A DNA stretch of 63,111 bases, counting the filler. It is 4 parts of 4 records of this genome, joined end to end, with 100 filler letters (N's around TTAATTAATTAA, not from the genome) between each part and the next. Parts side by side here need not be neighbours in the genome. Positions count along the whole stretch, not along the records: positions 1 to 23,615 come from DRR723986_7130; 3 more parts are not named here. The stretch is one strand, 5' to 3'. Within the stretch, counting starts at the first letter, position 1; every line of letters begins with the position of its first letter. The translations under genes and the position numbers were made by a program. Positions 1-13,134 of the stretch are shown one piece after another. The notes under the pieces are model-generated. The model was not told the DNA's origin and searched no databases. It saw only the letters and a program-made list of their open reading frames with translations.

Positions 1-1581
1 GATGTCGCAGGTTTTGCAATGCACGCAGTTTTGAGCGTTGATCTGCAGCTGATCTTTGCCATCTTCTTTTTTCACATACTCATACACACCGGCAGGGCAG
101 TAGCGCTGCTCCGGCCCTGCGTAGGTAGTCAGGTTTGTTGCGACCGGCACATCCGCATTCTTCAACGTGAGGTGTGCGGGCTGATTTTCCTCGTGGTTGG
201 TGTTGGAGATAAACACCGAACTCAAGCGATCAAACGTGATTTTCCCATCAGGTTTCGGGTAGTTGATCGGCTGGAACTCCGAGGCGGGACGAAGGCACTC
301 ATGATCCGCATGCTTGTGGTGCAGAGTCCAAGGTACCTTGCCCTTGAACAGTTTTTGTTCGATACCCACCATCATGGTGCCGGTATACAGGCCTTTGCTC
401 ATCCATTGCTTGAAGTTACGGGCGCGGTATAGTTCGTCGAACAGCCAAGAGTCGTGGAATGCCTTTGGATAGGCTTCCAGCTCGTCGCCAGCACGGTCCT
501 GGGCCAGTGCGTCAGCAATCGCATCGGCGCACAGCATGCCGCTCTTGATGGCCGCGTGTGAGCCTTTGATTCGTGATGCATTCAAGAAGCCGGCATCACA
601 GCCCACCAAGGCGCCGCCAGGGAACACCAACTTGGGCAAACTCATCAGTCCGCCCGCAGCGATTGCGCGCGCGCCGTAGGAAATACGCTTGCCACCTTCG
701 AAATACTTGCGAATTTCAGGGTGTGTTTTGTAACGTTGGAATTCTTCGAACGGTGAAAGGTATGGGTTTTCATAGGCCAGGCCTACGACAAAACCCACAG
801 CCACCTGATTGTTTTCAAGGTGGTACAGGAAAGAACCACCGTAGGTGCTGGAGTCCAGAGGCCAACCGCCAGAATGAATCACCAAACCCGGTTTGTGTTT
901 GGCAGGGTCGATTTCCCACAGTTCTTTCAAGCCAATGCCATAGACTTGAGGGTCACGGCCGTCGTTCAAATTGAACTTCTCGATCACACGCTTACCCAAA
1001 TGGCCGCGAACACCTTCAGCGAACACGGTGTATTTGGCATGCAGTTCCATGCCAGGCTGATAAGAGTGGGTGTGTTCACCATCTTTGCCGATACCCATGT
1101 CGCCTGTTTGAACACCTTTCACGGCACCTTTGTCGTCATACAGAATTTCTGCGCCAGCAAAGCCAGGGAATACTTCAACGCCCAACGCCTCGGCCTGTTC
1201 TCCAAGCCAGCGTACGACGTTGGCCAAACTAATCACATAGTTGCCGTGATTTTGAAAACATTCAGGCAGCAGCGCGTTGGGCACTTTTTTGGCGGAGGTT
1301 TCTGTGAGAAACAAAAACTGGTCCTCGGTGACTTCGGTGTTCAGTGGCGCACCGCGTTCTTTCCAGTCGGGAAACAATTCGGTAATTGCGCGTGGATCCA
1401 TGACCGCGCCTGACAAAATGTGTGCGCCCACTTCCGAGCCTTTTTCCAATACGCACACATTGATTTCCTGGCCTTTTTCTGCAGCCACTTGTTTCAGGCG
1501 AATGGCTGTGGACAGGCCAGCGGGGCCTCCGCCAACTACCACTACGTCGTATTCCATCATGTCTCTTTCTACAGCCGACAT
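1..1581 (-). CDS. Electron transfer flavoprotein-ubiquinone oxidoreductase (ETF-QO), 3' end runs off the window
   Basis: Not in the ORF track because it has no stop in the window. Manual translation from ATG 1581 (GGAG RBS upstream) gives MSAVERDMMEYDVVVVGGGPAGLSTAIRLKQ...VCVLEKGSEVGAHILSGAVMDPRA, ending at ...QLQINAQNCVHCKTCDI (FAD GxGxxG and 4Fe-4S motifs). Confidence 0.95.
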   Translation of the reverse strand, partial: MSAVERDMMEYDVVVVGGGPAGLSTAIRLKQVAAEKGQEINVCVLEKGSEVGAHILSGAVMDPRAITELFPDWKERGAPLNTEVTEDQFLFLTETSAKKVPNALLPECFQNHGNYVISLANVVRWLGEQAEALGVEVFPGFAGAEILYDDKGAVKGVQTGDMGIGKDGEHTHSYQPGMELHAKYTVFAEGVRGHLGKRVIEKFNLNDGRDPQVYGIGLKELWEIDPAKHKPGLVIHSGGWPLDSSTYGGSFLYHLENNQVAVGFVVGLAYENPYLSPFEEFQRYKTHPEIRKYFEGGKRISYGARAIAAGGLMSLPKLVFPGGALVGCDAGFLNASRIKGSHAAIKSGMLCADAIADALAQDRAGDELEAYPKAFHDSWLFDELYRARNFKQWMSKGLYTGTMMVGIEQKLFKGKVPWTLHHKHADHECLRPASEFQPINYPKPDGKITFDRLSSVFISNTNHEENQPAHLTLKNADVPVATNLTTYAGPEQRYCPAGVYEYVKKEDGKDQLQINAQNCVHCKTCDI

Positions 1582-1710
1582 TGGGTGCGTCTCCTTAAAG
1601 TTTGTCGCGGGTGCTACAGCGAGGTGCAGCTTTGATTTTAAGCCGAAAGCTTATTGCATATCGGGAAAAAATAGTTGACTTTGATCTCTAGTCTGAGAAA
1701 CTTGCTTTTG

Positions 1711-1722
1711 TGCGATGCAGCA
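1711..1722. promoter_or_regulatory. Candidate PhaR/AniA-type operator (TGCGATGCAGCA)
   Basis: Matches the TGCRNYGCASMA-type PhaR consensus and lies between divergent ETF-QO and scoAB. Confidence 0.45.
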
Positions 1723-1786
1723 ATAAAATTGTGGGTGTCGAGAAGTTAAACTATGGGCACAAATTCAAAGTAAAGGGAATCAGGAC

Positions 1787-2497
1787 ATGGGGATGAACAA
1801 GGTATCGGTCAGCGCAGCAGAGGCATTGGCCGACAAGATCAAAGATGGAATGACGCTGGCCGTGGGCGGATTTGGGTTGTGCGGTATTCCGGAGGCGCTG
1901 ATCGAAGCCGTGCGAGCATCTGGCGCAAAAGATCTGACGGTGATCTCGAACAATGCAGGCGTTGATGGATTCGGTTTGGGTCGATTGCTGGAAACTCGTC
2001 AGGTTCGCAAAATGATTTCGTCCTATGTGGGCGAGAACAAGGAATTTGAGCGGCAATATCTCAGTGGTGAACTGGAACTGGAATTCACGCCGCAAGGTAC
2101 TTTGGCGGAGAAACTTCGCGCTGGTGGGGCTGGTATCCCCGCATTTTTTACCAAAACTGGCTTTGGAACAGTGATTGCCGAGGGTAAGGAAACCCGGGTG
2201 ATCAATGGTGAAAACTATGTGTTGGAACACAGTCTGAAGGCGGATATTTCATTGGTCAAGGCGTGGAAGGCAGACACTTCGGGCAACCTTATTTATCGCC
2301 TTACCGCGCGCAATTTCAATCCCGAATGTGCAGCGGCTTCGAAATTTACAATCGCCGAGGTTGAGGAAATTGTCGAGGTTGGGGCGCTTGATCCCAATTT
2401 TATTCACACCCCAGGGATTTATGTACAGCGCGTGGTTTTGAACGCCAATCCTGAAAAGCGGATTGAGAAACGTACTCTGGCGACCCCGGCACAATAA
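1787..2497 (+). CDS. scoA: Succinyl-CoA:3-oxoacid CoA-transferase subunit A
   Basis: GGFGLCGIPE, SNNAG and PQGTLAEKLRAGGAGIPAF motifs of family I CoA-transferase alpha subunits. Alternative start at 1793. Confidence 0.9.
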   Translation: MGMNKVSVSAAEALADKIKDGMTLAVGGFGLCGIPEALIEAVRASGAKDLTVISNNAGVDGFGLGRLLETRQVRKMISSYVGENKEFERQYLSGELELEFTPQGTLAEKLRAGGAGIPAFFTKTGFGTVIAEGKETRVINGENYVLEHSLKADISLVKAWKADTSGNLIYRLTARNFNPECAAASKFTIAEVEEIVEVGALDPNFIHTPGIYVQRVVLNANPEKRIEKRTLATPAQ

Positions 2498-2509
2498 GGA
2501 GAACAACAA

Positions 2510-3154
2510 ATGGCGTGGAATCACGATGAAATGGCAGCACGCGCAGCGCGTGAATTGCAGGATGGTTTTTATGTGAATTTGGGCATTGGATTGCCTACCT
2601 TGGTCAGCAATCACATTCCAGAGGGCATGGATGTGATGCTGCAAAGTGAGAACGGATTGTTGGGAATCGGACCCTTTCCGACCGAGGCGCAAGTCGATGC
2701 AGACTTGATCAATGCAGGCAAACAAACGGTGACCACTCTGGATGGATCAGCATTTTTTTCCAGCTCGGAATCTTTCGCAATGATTCGTGGCGGGCATATT
2801 AATTTGGCCATCTTGGGAGCCATGCAAGTTAGCGAGAAGGGTGATTTGGCCAACTGGATGATTCCCGGCAAGTTGGTGAAGGGCATGGGCGGTGCCATGG
2901 ATCTGGTGGCCGGGGTGTCCCGCGTTGTTGTGCTAATGGAGCATGTGGCTCGCAAAAAGGACGGCACCACCGACCTGAAAATTTTGCCCGAATGCACGCT
3001 GCCTTTGACGGGTAAAGGCGTGGTCAACCGCATTATTACTGACTTGGCGGTGATGGATGTCGGCCCCCAAGGTCTCCAAGTGCTTGAACTTGCTCCCGGC
3101 GTGTCTAGAGAAGAACTCCAAGAAAAAACAGGGTGCGAACTGAAGTTTAGTTAA
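2510..3154 (+). CDS. scoB: Succinyl-CoA:3-oxoacid CoA-transferase subunit B
   Basis: VNLGIGLPT, catalytic SENG and [10 protein letters not shown] motifs. AGGAG RBS. Directly follows subunit A. Confidence 0.9.
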   Translation: MAWNHDEMAARAARELQDGFYVNLGIGLPTLVSNHIPEGMDVMLQSENGLLGIGPFPTEAQVDADLINAGKQTVTTLDGSAFFSSSESFAMIRGGHINLAILGAMQVSEKGDLANWMIPGKLVKGMGGAMDLVAGVSRVVVLMEHVARKKDGTTDLKILPECTLPLTGKGVVNRIITDLAVMDVGPQGLQVLELAPGVSREELQEKTGCELKFS

Positions 3155-3238
3155 GATCACTGGCATGGACCAAGCGCGCTCAGGTTATAATTCTGCTTTC
3201 AAACAGCGCACGATTTGCCCAATTGTGCGCCCTACTGA

Positions 3239-4912
<1,674 letters not shown>

Positions 4913-4937
4913 GCTGAACCCAACAGGAGGACACCTC

Positions 4938-5795
4938 ATGAAACTATGCAATTTTGAAGTGGGTTTGGATAAACCTTTTTTCCTGATCGCTGGCCCATGC
5001 GTGATTGAAAGTGAACAAATGGCCATGGACACGGCTGGCCAGCTCAAGGAAATCTGCGAGTCACTGGGTGTACCTTTTATTTACAAAAGCTCATATGACA
5101 AGGCTAACCGTAGCTCAGGCAAAAGCTTTCGTGGTTTGGGTATGGACAAAGGGCTTGATATTCTGGCCAATGTCAAGAAATCGCTGAATGTCAATGTATT
5201 GACAGACGTCCATGCAATTGAAGAGATTGCTGCTGTGGCGAGTGTGGTGGATGTATTGCAAACCCCTGCGTTTTTGTGTCGTCAAACCGATTTCATTGAG
5301 GCTGTGGCCACTTGTGGCAAGCCAGTGAACATCAAGAAAGGCCAGTTTTTGGCGCCAGGCGACATGGTCAACGTGGTTGACAAGGCCCGAACTGCCGCTA
5401 TTGAAGCCGGCGGTGATGGCAAGAACATCATGGTGTGTGAGCGGGGTGTAAGTTTCGGTTACAACAATCTGGTCTCCGACATGCGCAGTCTGGCCATCAT
5501 GCGCAACACAGGTTGTCCGGTCGTGTTTGATGCGACGCACAGCGTACAGTTGCCGGGCGGGCAGGGCACAGCCAGTGGTGGTCAGCGTGAATTTGTGCCT
5601 GTGCTGGCGCGTGCTGCTGTTGCGGTGGGCGTGGCGGGTCTGTTTATGGAAAGCCATCCTGACCCTTCAAAAGCGATGTCAGATGGCCCCAACGCCTGGC
5701 CTTTGCCCCGCATGAAAGCCTTGCTATCCACTTTGCAAGAACTGGACCGTTTGGTGAAGTCTGGTCCATTGGCCGAAACAGACTTGATGAAATAA
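4938..5795 (+). CDS. kdsA: KDO8P synthase (3-deoxy-8-phosphooctulonate synthase)
   Basis: [23 protein letters not shown] and DATHSVQ motifs. Start trimmed to ATG 4938 behind AGGAGG (ORF track starts 4704). pyrG-kdsA-eno order. Confidence 0.98.
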   Translation: MKLCNFEVGLDKPFFLIAGPCVIESEQMAMDTAGQLKEICESLGVPFIYKSSYDKANRSSGKSFRGLGMDKGLDILANVKKSLNVNVLTDVHAIEEIAAVASVVDVLQTPAFLCRQTDFIEAVATCGKPVNIKKGQFLAPGDMVNVVDKARTAAIEAGGDGKNIMVCERGVSFGYNNLVSDMRSLAIMRNTGCPVVFDATHSVQLPGGQGTASGGQREFVPVLARAAVAVGVAGLFMESHPDPSKAMSDGPNAWPLPRMKALLSTLQELDRLVKSGPLAETDLMK

Positions 5796-5825
5796 AACAG
5801 GTCGAGTGTTCAAAACAGAATTTAA

Positions 5826-7127
<1,302 letters not shown>

Positions 7128-7145
7128 TCGATATTAATCGAAGGT

Positions 7146-7169
7146 GGCCCCGCAGTGCGGGGCCTTCTT
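7146..7169 (+). terminator. GC-rich hairpin after eno (weak terminator or mRNA-stabilising stem)
   Basis: GGCCCCGCA-G-TGCGGGGCC followed by TTCTT. Confidence 0.5.
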
Positions 7170-7173
7170 GTAT

Positions 7174-7503
7174 ATGAACCCCAGGCTGATTTCACTTGTC
7201 CTTTTTGCCCTGCTGATTTTGCTTCAATACCCACTGTGGTTTGGCAAAGGCGGGATGTTGCGCGTCAGCGACCTCGAAGATCAGCTTGAACAGCAAAAGC
7301 AGGTCAATGAGGCGTTGCGTTTGCGCAATCAACAACTTGAGGGCGATGTACGCAGTTTAAGTGAAGGGGTTGAGGCCATTGAGGAACGTGCCCGAAATGA
7401 TTTCGGCATGATCAAGAAAGATGAAGTGTTTATTCAGTTGATTGAGCCGCGCGGTCAACCCGCAGCCACACAACCTGGTGCAGCTGCAGAAACCTCAAAT
7501 TAA
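7174..7503 (+). CDS. ftsB: Cell division protein FtsB
   Basis: TM helix with QYPLWFGKGG, then a coiled coil and EAIEERARNDFGMIK. Follows eno. Start trimmed to ATG 7174. Confidence 0.95.
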   Translation: MNPRLISLVLFALLILLQYPLWFGKGGMLRVSDLEDQLEQQKQVNEALRLRNQQLEGDVRSLSEGVEAIEERARNDFGMIKKDEVFIQLIEPRGQPAATQPGAAAETSN

Positions 7504-8429
7504 TGCAAGGTGGGTGGCTGGGGGTTTTGTGAGGCGTCCTCATGAGAGGTCTCGGTAAACAATGCCTCGCAATCAGCTCGTGTGAATGAGTAATTGGCGT
7601 TGCAGAAGTCGCACTGAATTTCGACCGTAGGGTTTTCTGACAGGGCTTCGTTCAATTCGGCCTGTCCCAAGGTCACCAGCATTTTCCCCACCTTTTCGCG
7701 TGAACAGGAGCATTCAAAGTGCGCTTGGCGTTCTGCCAGTCCATCCGGGTCCTCCTCCCAGAATAGACGTTTGGCCAATTCATCGGTGTCGGTAGTCAAA
7801 TGCTCCTCAGCCTGCAGCGTATTGATCAAGGCTTTCAGTCGGTCCCAGCCGTCGGCGTCAAACTCTTTGTTTGAAACAACACCGCCATGCTGTGGCATTT
7901 GTTGAAGCATGACGCCTGCAGCAGTGGTGGAGTTTGAATTGAGAATTAGGCGGGTTTCCAATTGTTCGCTGCTGTGCATGTACGCTTCAAGCGAATCGGC
8001 AACGGAGGTACCTGAAAGCGGCACAATGCCTTGATAGGGGGCTTGACCCGGTAGACGGTTACGGGGGTCGAGAATGATTGCGCATATGCCTTTGCCAGTC
8101 GCATTGACCAAATCTTTAAAGCACGCATCCTCGGGGATGTCGGTGCCTTCAAGCAATTTGACAGTGGCACGCAAACCCAGGCGACTATTGCACTCTGCCA
8201 CCAGCAAACGAATGGGTCCGTCGCCCTGGATCTGAATAATCAGCGATCCTTCGAACTTCAGCGACGCTGAAAGCATGGCGCTGGCCGCAACCAGTTCACC
8301 CAATACTCGCTGAACCGGCTTCGGATAATCATTGTTGTTGACCACTTGTTGCCAGGCTTTGGAAAGATGAACCAAGTGCGCTCGGCAACTGGATTGATCA
8401 AAGATCAGTGTTCGTAGTGTGTCGGTCAT
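7500..8429 (-). CDS. hslO: Hsp33 redox-regulated chaperone
   Basis: QIQGDGPIRLLVAE and YQGIVPL motifs, zinc motif CSCS...CDFC. Start trimmed to ATG 8429. Confidence 0.95.
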   Translation of the reverse strand: MTDTLRTLIFDQSSCRAHLVHLSKAWQQVVNNNDYPKPVQRVLGELVAASAMLSASLKFEGSLIIQIQGDGPIRLLVAECNSRLGLRATVKLLEGTDIPEDACFKDLVNATGKGICAIILDPRNRLPGQAPYQGIVPLSGTSVADSLEAYMHSSEQLETRLILNSNSTTAAGVMLQQMPQHGGVVSNKEFDADGWDRLKALINTLQAEEHLTTDTDELAKRLFWEEDPDGLAERQAHFECSCSREKVGKMLVTLGQAELNEALSENPTVEIQCDFCNANYSFTRADCEALFTETSHEDASQNPQPPTLH

Positions 8430-8451
8430 GGATACAAAATAAGGGCAAGAT

Positions 8452-8976
8452 TTAATCGTCAATTCGTTCAAGTGTTTCTTTGAACAGCTTGGCTTTTTGC
8501 ACGTAGAAGGCAGCACCTATCAGGCGGGCCACTTCATCGTCGTTCAGGGTTCGAATCACTTTTCCGGGCGAGCCGACCACCAGCGAACGGTCGGGAATTT
8601 CCTTGCCTTCTGTGATCAAGGCGCCGGCGCCGATGATACAGTTTTTTCCGATCTTTGCGCCGTTCAGTACCACTGAACGAATTCCGATCAAACTGCCTTC
8701 ACCGATAGTGCAGCCGTGCAAACACGCCTGATGTCCAACTGTCACGTTTTTTCCAACCACCATGGGATAGCCAATGTCAGTGTGCAGCACAGCGCCTTCC
8801 TGTACATTGCTTCCCGCCATGATGTGGATTAATTCGTTGTCACCTCGGATCGCTGCGAAATCCCAGACCGACGTGTTCTCATCAAGTTGCACTTTGCCGA
8901 TGATGCTGGCCATTTCAGCCACATACGCGCTGGAGTGGACGGTGGGGGCTTCGCCATTGATTTTGTACTTGGCCAC
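8452..8976 (-). CDS. Gamma carbonic anhydrase family (YrdA/PaaY-like) hexapeptide-repeat protein
   Basis: IRGDNE, SNVQEGAVLHTD and TVGHQACLHGC motifs. GTG start at 8976 behind AGGAG. Confidence 0.92.
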   Translation of the reverse strand: MAKYKINGEAPTVHSSAYVAEMASIIGKVQLDENTSVWDFAAIRGDNELIHIMAGSNVQEGAVLHTDIGYPMVVGKNVTVGHQACLHGCTIGEGSLIGIRSVVLNGAKIGKNCIIGAGALITEGKEIPDRSLVVGSPGKVIRTLNDDEVARLIGAAFYVQKAKLFKETLERIDD

Positions 8977-9055
8977 GATTGTCTCCTGAGTCGGGGTGTT
9001 GCCATGGTGTGTTTGCCTTAAAATAACATGCATCGAACCCTTGTGCAGTGTGGTT

Positions 9056-9865
9056 ATGGGCAGTGAACTGGAACAAACTTTGAGACAGGCCGCCTTGCAG
9101 GCATTGGAGTGTAAAAACTCCGTGGAAAAAGTGTGTCTGGTCTTGGCGATTGATGAAGGCCTGGCAATTGGCGGTGAGGAGGAGTTTTCACCGGGTGTGG
9201 GCCGCCCCGACAAACCGGAGCTGGTACACCCGGCACGCGTGCCCACACGCAAAGTCAATCAGCCGCTGGGGCGGGGCATGCTATTGCACTCGCTGGCCCA
9301 CATTGAGTTCAATGCAATCAATTTGGCCCTAGACCTGCTGGTTCGTTTTTCCTCCATGCCCGATCAGTTTTATCTCGATTGGTTGAAAGTGGCCAAGGAG
9401 GAGGCTTACCATCACAACTTGTTGTGCGACAGAATGAGGGCATATGGATTGAGTTATGGAGACTATCCTGCCCATGATGGCCTTTGGCAGATGGCTGAAA
9501 AGACCAAAGGCAGCTTGCTGGCTCGACTCGCCTTGGTGCCGAGGCTTTTGGAGGCACGCGGACTGGACGTGTCACCAGCCATACGTGAGAAACTGGCCGC
9601 GGCCGGGGACATGGATAGTGCCGAGGTACTGGACATCATTTTGCGTGATGAAATTGGGCATGTGGCCATTGGCAACCGCTGGTTCAATGAAGTGTGCAAC
9701 AATGAAAACCGTGAGCCTCTTGAAGCCTTCGAGGGTTGTTTGCGCGAGTACACCGCCCCACAGCCCCGTTCTCCCTTCAATTTCAAGGCCCGCGCACAGG
9801 CTGGTTTTTCTGAAGAAGAGTTGGCTTGGTTGATGCAAGTTGAATTGGAGCAATCCGCCCAATAA
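9056..9865 (+). CDS. Ferritin-like domain protein (DUF455 family)
   Basis: LHSLAHIEFNAINLALD, EEAYHH, LEARGLD and DEIGHVAIG di-iron ExxH motifs. Confidence 0.88.
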   Translation: MGSELEQTLRQAALQALECKNSVEKVCLVLAIDEGLAIGGEEEFSPGVGRPDKPELVHPARVPTRKVNQPLGRGMLLHSLAHIEFNAINLALDLLVRFSSMPDQFYLDWLKVAKEEAYHHNLLCDRMRAYGLSYGDYPAHDGLWQMAEKTKGSLLARLALVPRLLEARGLDVSPAIREKLAAAGDMDSAEVLDIILRDEIGHVAIGNRWFNEVCNNENREPLEAFEGCLREYTAPQPRSPFNFKARAQAGFSEEELAWLMQVELEQSAQ

Positions 9866-9880
9866 GTGGATTGCAAGCGT

Positions 9881-10765
9881 ATGAGTACAGCAGCACAAAT
9901 TGACTGGAGCGACCCGCATTTGATCAATGCGGATCTTCATTGTCATTCCACCACCTCAGATGGCACTTTGACCCCGGAAGAGCTCGCGGCACGCGCCGCT
10001 TCCAACGGAGTGCAGATCTGGTCCCTGACCGATCATGATGAGGTGGGTGGTTTGGCGCGAGCAGCAAAAGCAGCAGCTGAACACAACATGATTTTTGTAC
10101 CTGGTGTGGAAATTTCGGTGACCTGGTCCGCGGTAACCTTGCACATTGTGGGTTTGAATGTGCAGTACGAGAATTCGCCGCTTGAGAAGGGTTTGGCCAG
10201 CGTGCGCAACGGGCGAACCGAACGAGCCATGGAAATGTCGCGGCAACTCGAAAAGGTGGGCATCGAAGATGTGTATGAAGGTGCCTTGAAGTATGTGGGC
10301 AACCCCAACCTGATTAGCCGAACCCACTTTGCCCGTTGTTTGGTTGAGCGCAAGGTGTGTACTGATATTCGCGAAGTGTTTGAGCGTTTTCTAACCCCGG
10401 GCAAACCAGGTTACGTGCCCCATGAATGGGCCAGCTTGAAGCAGGCGGTCGACTGGATTCTGGAGTCAAACGGCTTGCCTGTCATTGCGCACCCGGGGCG
10501 TTACGATTTGAATCCCATGCAGATGGATGAACTGGTTGAGCAGTTTGTCAAAATGGGTGGTGTTGGAATTGAGGTGGTCACGGGCAGCCACACCACCGAC
10601 CAATACGCCACCTATGCGCGGAAATCTGTTCGATCTGGCTTGAAGGCATCGCGCGGATCAGATTTTCACGGCCCCACTGAATCCAGGGTTAATTTGGGTG
10701 AATTACCCCGGTTGCCCGACGGCTGCGTGCCAATCTGGGATAATTGGGGCAAGTTGTTCAGCTAA
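9881..10765 (+). CDS. PHP-domain phosphatase (YciV/TrpH-like 3',5'-nucleoside bisphosphate phosphatase)
   Basis: DLHCHSTTSDG, LTDHD, GVEIS, AHPGRY and GSDFHG motifs. Confidence 0.9.
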   Translation: MSTAAQIDWSDPHLINADLHCHSTTSDGTLTPEELAARAASNGVQIWSLTDHDEVGGLARAAKAAAEHNMIFVPGVEISVTWSAVTLHIVGLNVQYENSPLEKGLASVRNGRTERAMEMSRQLEKVGIEDVYEGALKYVGNPNLISRTHFARCLVERKVCTDIREVFERFLTPGKPGYVPHEWASLKQAVDWILESNGLPVIAHPGRYDLNPMQMDELVEQFVKMGGVGIEVVTGSHTTDQYATYARKSVRSGLKASRGSDFHGPTESRVNLGELPRLPDGCVPIWDNWGKLFS

Positions 10766-10776
10766 CAGGATACCCA

Positions 10777-11433
10777 TTGGCGCAGTTATTCAACGTACAT
10801 CCTCAAAACCCACAATCGCGTTTGTGCAAACAGGCTGCCGACTTGATCAATTCAGGTGGAATTGCGGCAATCCCGACAGACAGTTGTTATGCACTTGTTT
10901 GCCACCTGGATGATAAAAACGCCGTTGAGCGCCTGCGCAGGTTGAAGGGTATTTCAGAGAAGCAGCATTTGGCTTTGCTGTGCAAGGATTTGAGTGAACT
11001 GGGCAGTTACGCCAAGGTGAACAATGTTCAATACCGCTTGCTGAAGTCGGTGTTTCCCGGGCCGTATACTTTTATTCTCGAGGCTACAAAAGAAGTACCA
11101 AAGCGGGTATCGCATCCTTCGAAGAAATCGATTGGTTTGCGCGTACCTGCACACGCAGTAGTGCAGGGCTTGCTTGAACACATTGAAGGCGCGTTGATTG
11201 CCACCACGCTGCAATTGCCGGGTATGGATGAACCTGCACGTAGCGGTTGGGAGGCCCAGGAAGCCGTGGGTAACGATGTAGATTTAATTGTGGACGACGG
11301 AGAGTACTGCGGCGCATTTCCGACCACCGTGATTGATTGGACCAGTGAAGAACCCGTGGTGGTGCGAATTGGGGCTGGACCACTGACAGGTCCTTTGGAA
11401 CCCGTGAATGTTGAAGAACAGGAAGAGCTGTGA
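10777..11433 (+). CDS. Sua5/YciO/YrdC family protein (YciO-like)
   Basis: HPQNPQ.RL, PTDSCYAL, PGPYTFILEATKEVP and IGLRVP motifs. Probable TTG start. Confidence 0.9.
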   Translation: MAQLFNVHPQNPQSRLCKQAADLINSGGIAAIPTDSCYALVCHLDDKNAVERLRRLKGISEKQHLALLCKDLSELGSYAKVNNVQYRLLKSVFPGPYTFILEATKEVPKRVSHPSKKSIGLRVPAHAVVQGLLEHIEGALIATTLQLPGMDEPARSGWEAQEAVGNDVDLIVDDGEYCGAFPTTVIDWTSEEPVVVRIGAGPLTGPLEPVNVEEQEEL

Positions 11434-12089
11434 TGGACGCAGGCATTATTCAAACCATTGCGGTGTACGCATTGCCCGTGCTTTTTGCCATTACGCTACA
11501 TGAGGCGGCACATGGTTACGTGGCGCGAATGTATGGCGACAACACTGCCATGTATGCGGGTCGCATTACCTTGAACCCAATCAAGCACATCGACCTAGTG
11601 GGAACCATTCTGGTGCCGATTGCAATTCTGGTGTCCTCAAGCTTGATGGGCATTGGTGCCTTTCTGTTTGGCTGGGCCAAACCTGTTCCGGTGAATTTTG
11701 GCAATTTGCGCAATCCGAAAAAAGACATTCGTTTTGTGGCTTTCGCTGGGCCCGGCGCGAATTTTGTGATGGCCCTGATATGGGCACTTAGCCTGAAAGT
11801 GCAGTTTGTCACCGGGCTGAACGAGCCCTTTTTTGCCGAAATGGCCAAGGCCGGAATCGTAGTGAACCTGGTCTTGGCTGCTTTGAACCTTCTGCCAATC
11901 CTGCCGCTGGATGGTGGACGAATTCTGTTCAGCTTCCTGCCCAGTTCTGCAGCCTACAGTTTCAGCCGTACCGAGCCCTATGGCATGATCGTGCTCATTG
12001 CACTCTTGATGCTGGGTATTTTGCCCATGTTCATCCAGCCCATTGTTAGCGCCGGGTTGAGTGTGTTAACCCTTTTGTTTAATTTTTAA
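11433..12089 (+). CDS. Site-2 protease (M50) family membrane metalloprotease
   Basis: HEAAH zinc motif, NLLPILPLDGG motif and several TM helices. Confidence 0.93.
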   Translation: MDAGIIQTIAVYALPVLFAITLHEAAHGYVARMYGDNTAMYAGRITLNPIKHIDLVGTILVPIAILVSSSLMGIGAFLFGWAKPVPVNFGNLRNPKKDIRFVAFAGPGANFVMALIWALSLKVQFVTGLNEPFFAEMAKAGIVVNLVLAALNLLPILPLDGGRILFSFLPSSAAYSFSRTEPYGMIVLIALLMLGILPMFIQPIVSAGLSVLTLLFNF

Positions 12090-12095
12090 GTCACC

Positions 12096-13133
12096 ATGTT
12101 TCCTGAACGCGTATTGTCGGGCATGCGCCCAACCGGTTTGTTGCACCTTGGCCATTACCATGGTGTGTTGAAAAACTGGGTGAAACTTCAGAACGAGTTT
12201 CCCTGCCTGTTTTTTGTGGCCGATTGGCATGCGCTGACCACGCATTATGAAACCCCGGAAGTCATCAAGGAAAATGTGTGGGACATGGTGATTGACTGGC
12301 TGGCTGCTGGCGTTGACCCCGAGAAGGCCACATTGTTTGTTCAGTCCAAGGTGCCTGAGCATGCTGAACTGCATTTGCTGTTGTCGATGAATACGCCTTT
12401 GAGCTGGCTTGAGCGCGTGCCCACCTACAAAGACCAGCAAGAAAAACTCAGTGATAAAGACCTGGCCACCTATGGTTTTTTGGGCTACCCCTTGTTGCAG
12501 TCCGCTGACATTCTGATTTACCGCGCCACACAAGTCCCAGTGGGTGAAGACCAGGTGCCGCACATTGAGCTGACCCGCGAAATTGCGCGGCGCTTCAATC
12601 ATTTTTACAGCAAGGAAAAACTGCTGGATGCGAAAGGTGTTGAAATTGGCCGAAAGCCGATTTTGCTGGAACCCAAAGCCTTGCTGACCGAGGCCAGCAA
12701 GATGCCAGGGTTGGATGGCATGAAAATGTCCAAGAGCTACCAAAACACCCTGACCTTGCGGGAAACACCCGAGAACATTTCCCAGAAAGTACGCAAAATG
12801 CCAACGGACCCGGCCCGCGTGCGCCGCACCGACCCGGGTGATCCCGCCAAATGCCCTGTTTGGCAATTGCACGAGGTGTATTCAGACGCCAGCACCAAGC
12901 AGTGGGTGCAGGAAGGTTGCAAATCGGCAGGCATTGGCTGTATTCAATGCAAAGAGCCCATTATTCAGGCAGTTACCGACGAGTTGACGCCCATGCGCGA
13001 ACGGGCAGCGATGTACACCGACAACCCGACATTGGTGCGAAAAATCATCAGCGAAGGCTGTGAACGTGCGCGTGCGATGGCCAACGACACAATGCAGGAT
13101 GTGCGCAAGCACATGGGGCTGGATTATTCCTGA
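12096..13133 (+). CDS. trpS: Tryptophan--tRNA ligase
   Basis: SGMRPTG.LHLGH (HIGH), VPVGEDQ and KMSKS motifs. Confidence 0.98.
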   Translation: MFPERVLSGMRPTGLLHLGHYHGVLKNWVKLQNEFPCLFFVADWHALTTHYETPEVIKENVWDMVIDWLAAGVDPEKATLFVQSKVPEHAELHLLLSMNTPLSWLERVPTYKDQQEKLSDKDLATYGFLGYPLLQSADILIYRATQVPVGEDQVPHIELTREIARRFNHFYSKEKLLDAKGVEIGRKPILLEPKALLTEASKMPGLDGMKMSKSYQNTLTLRETPENISQKVRKMPTDPARVRRTDPGDPAKCPVWQLHEVYSDASTKQWVQEGCKSAGIGCIQCKEPIIQAVTDELTPMRERAAMYTDNPTLVRKIISEGCERARAMANDTMQDVRKHMGLDYS

Positions 13134-13134
13134 C

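Noticed and set aside
19-1678. Plus-strand ORFs 19-432, 573-974, 820-1413 and 1277-1678
   Set aside because: They are antisense shadows of the minus-strand ETF-QO gene (1-1581).
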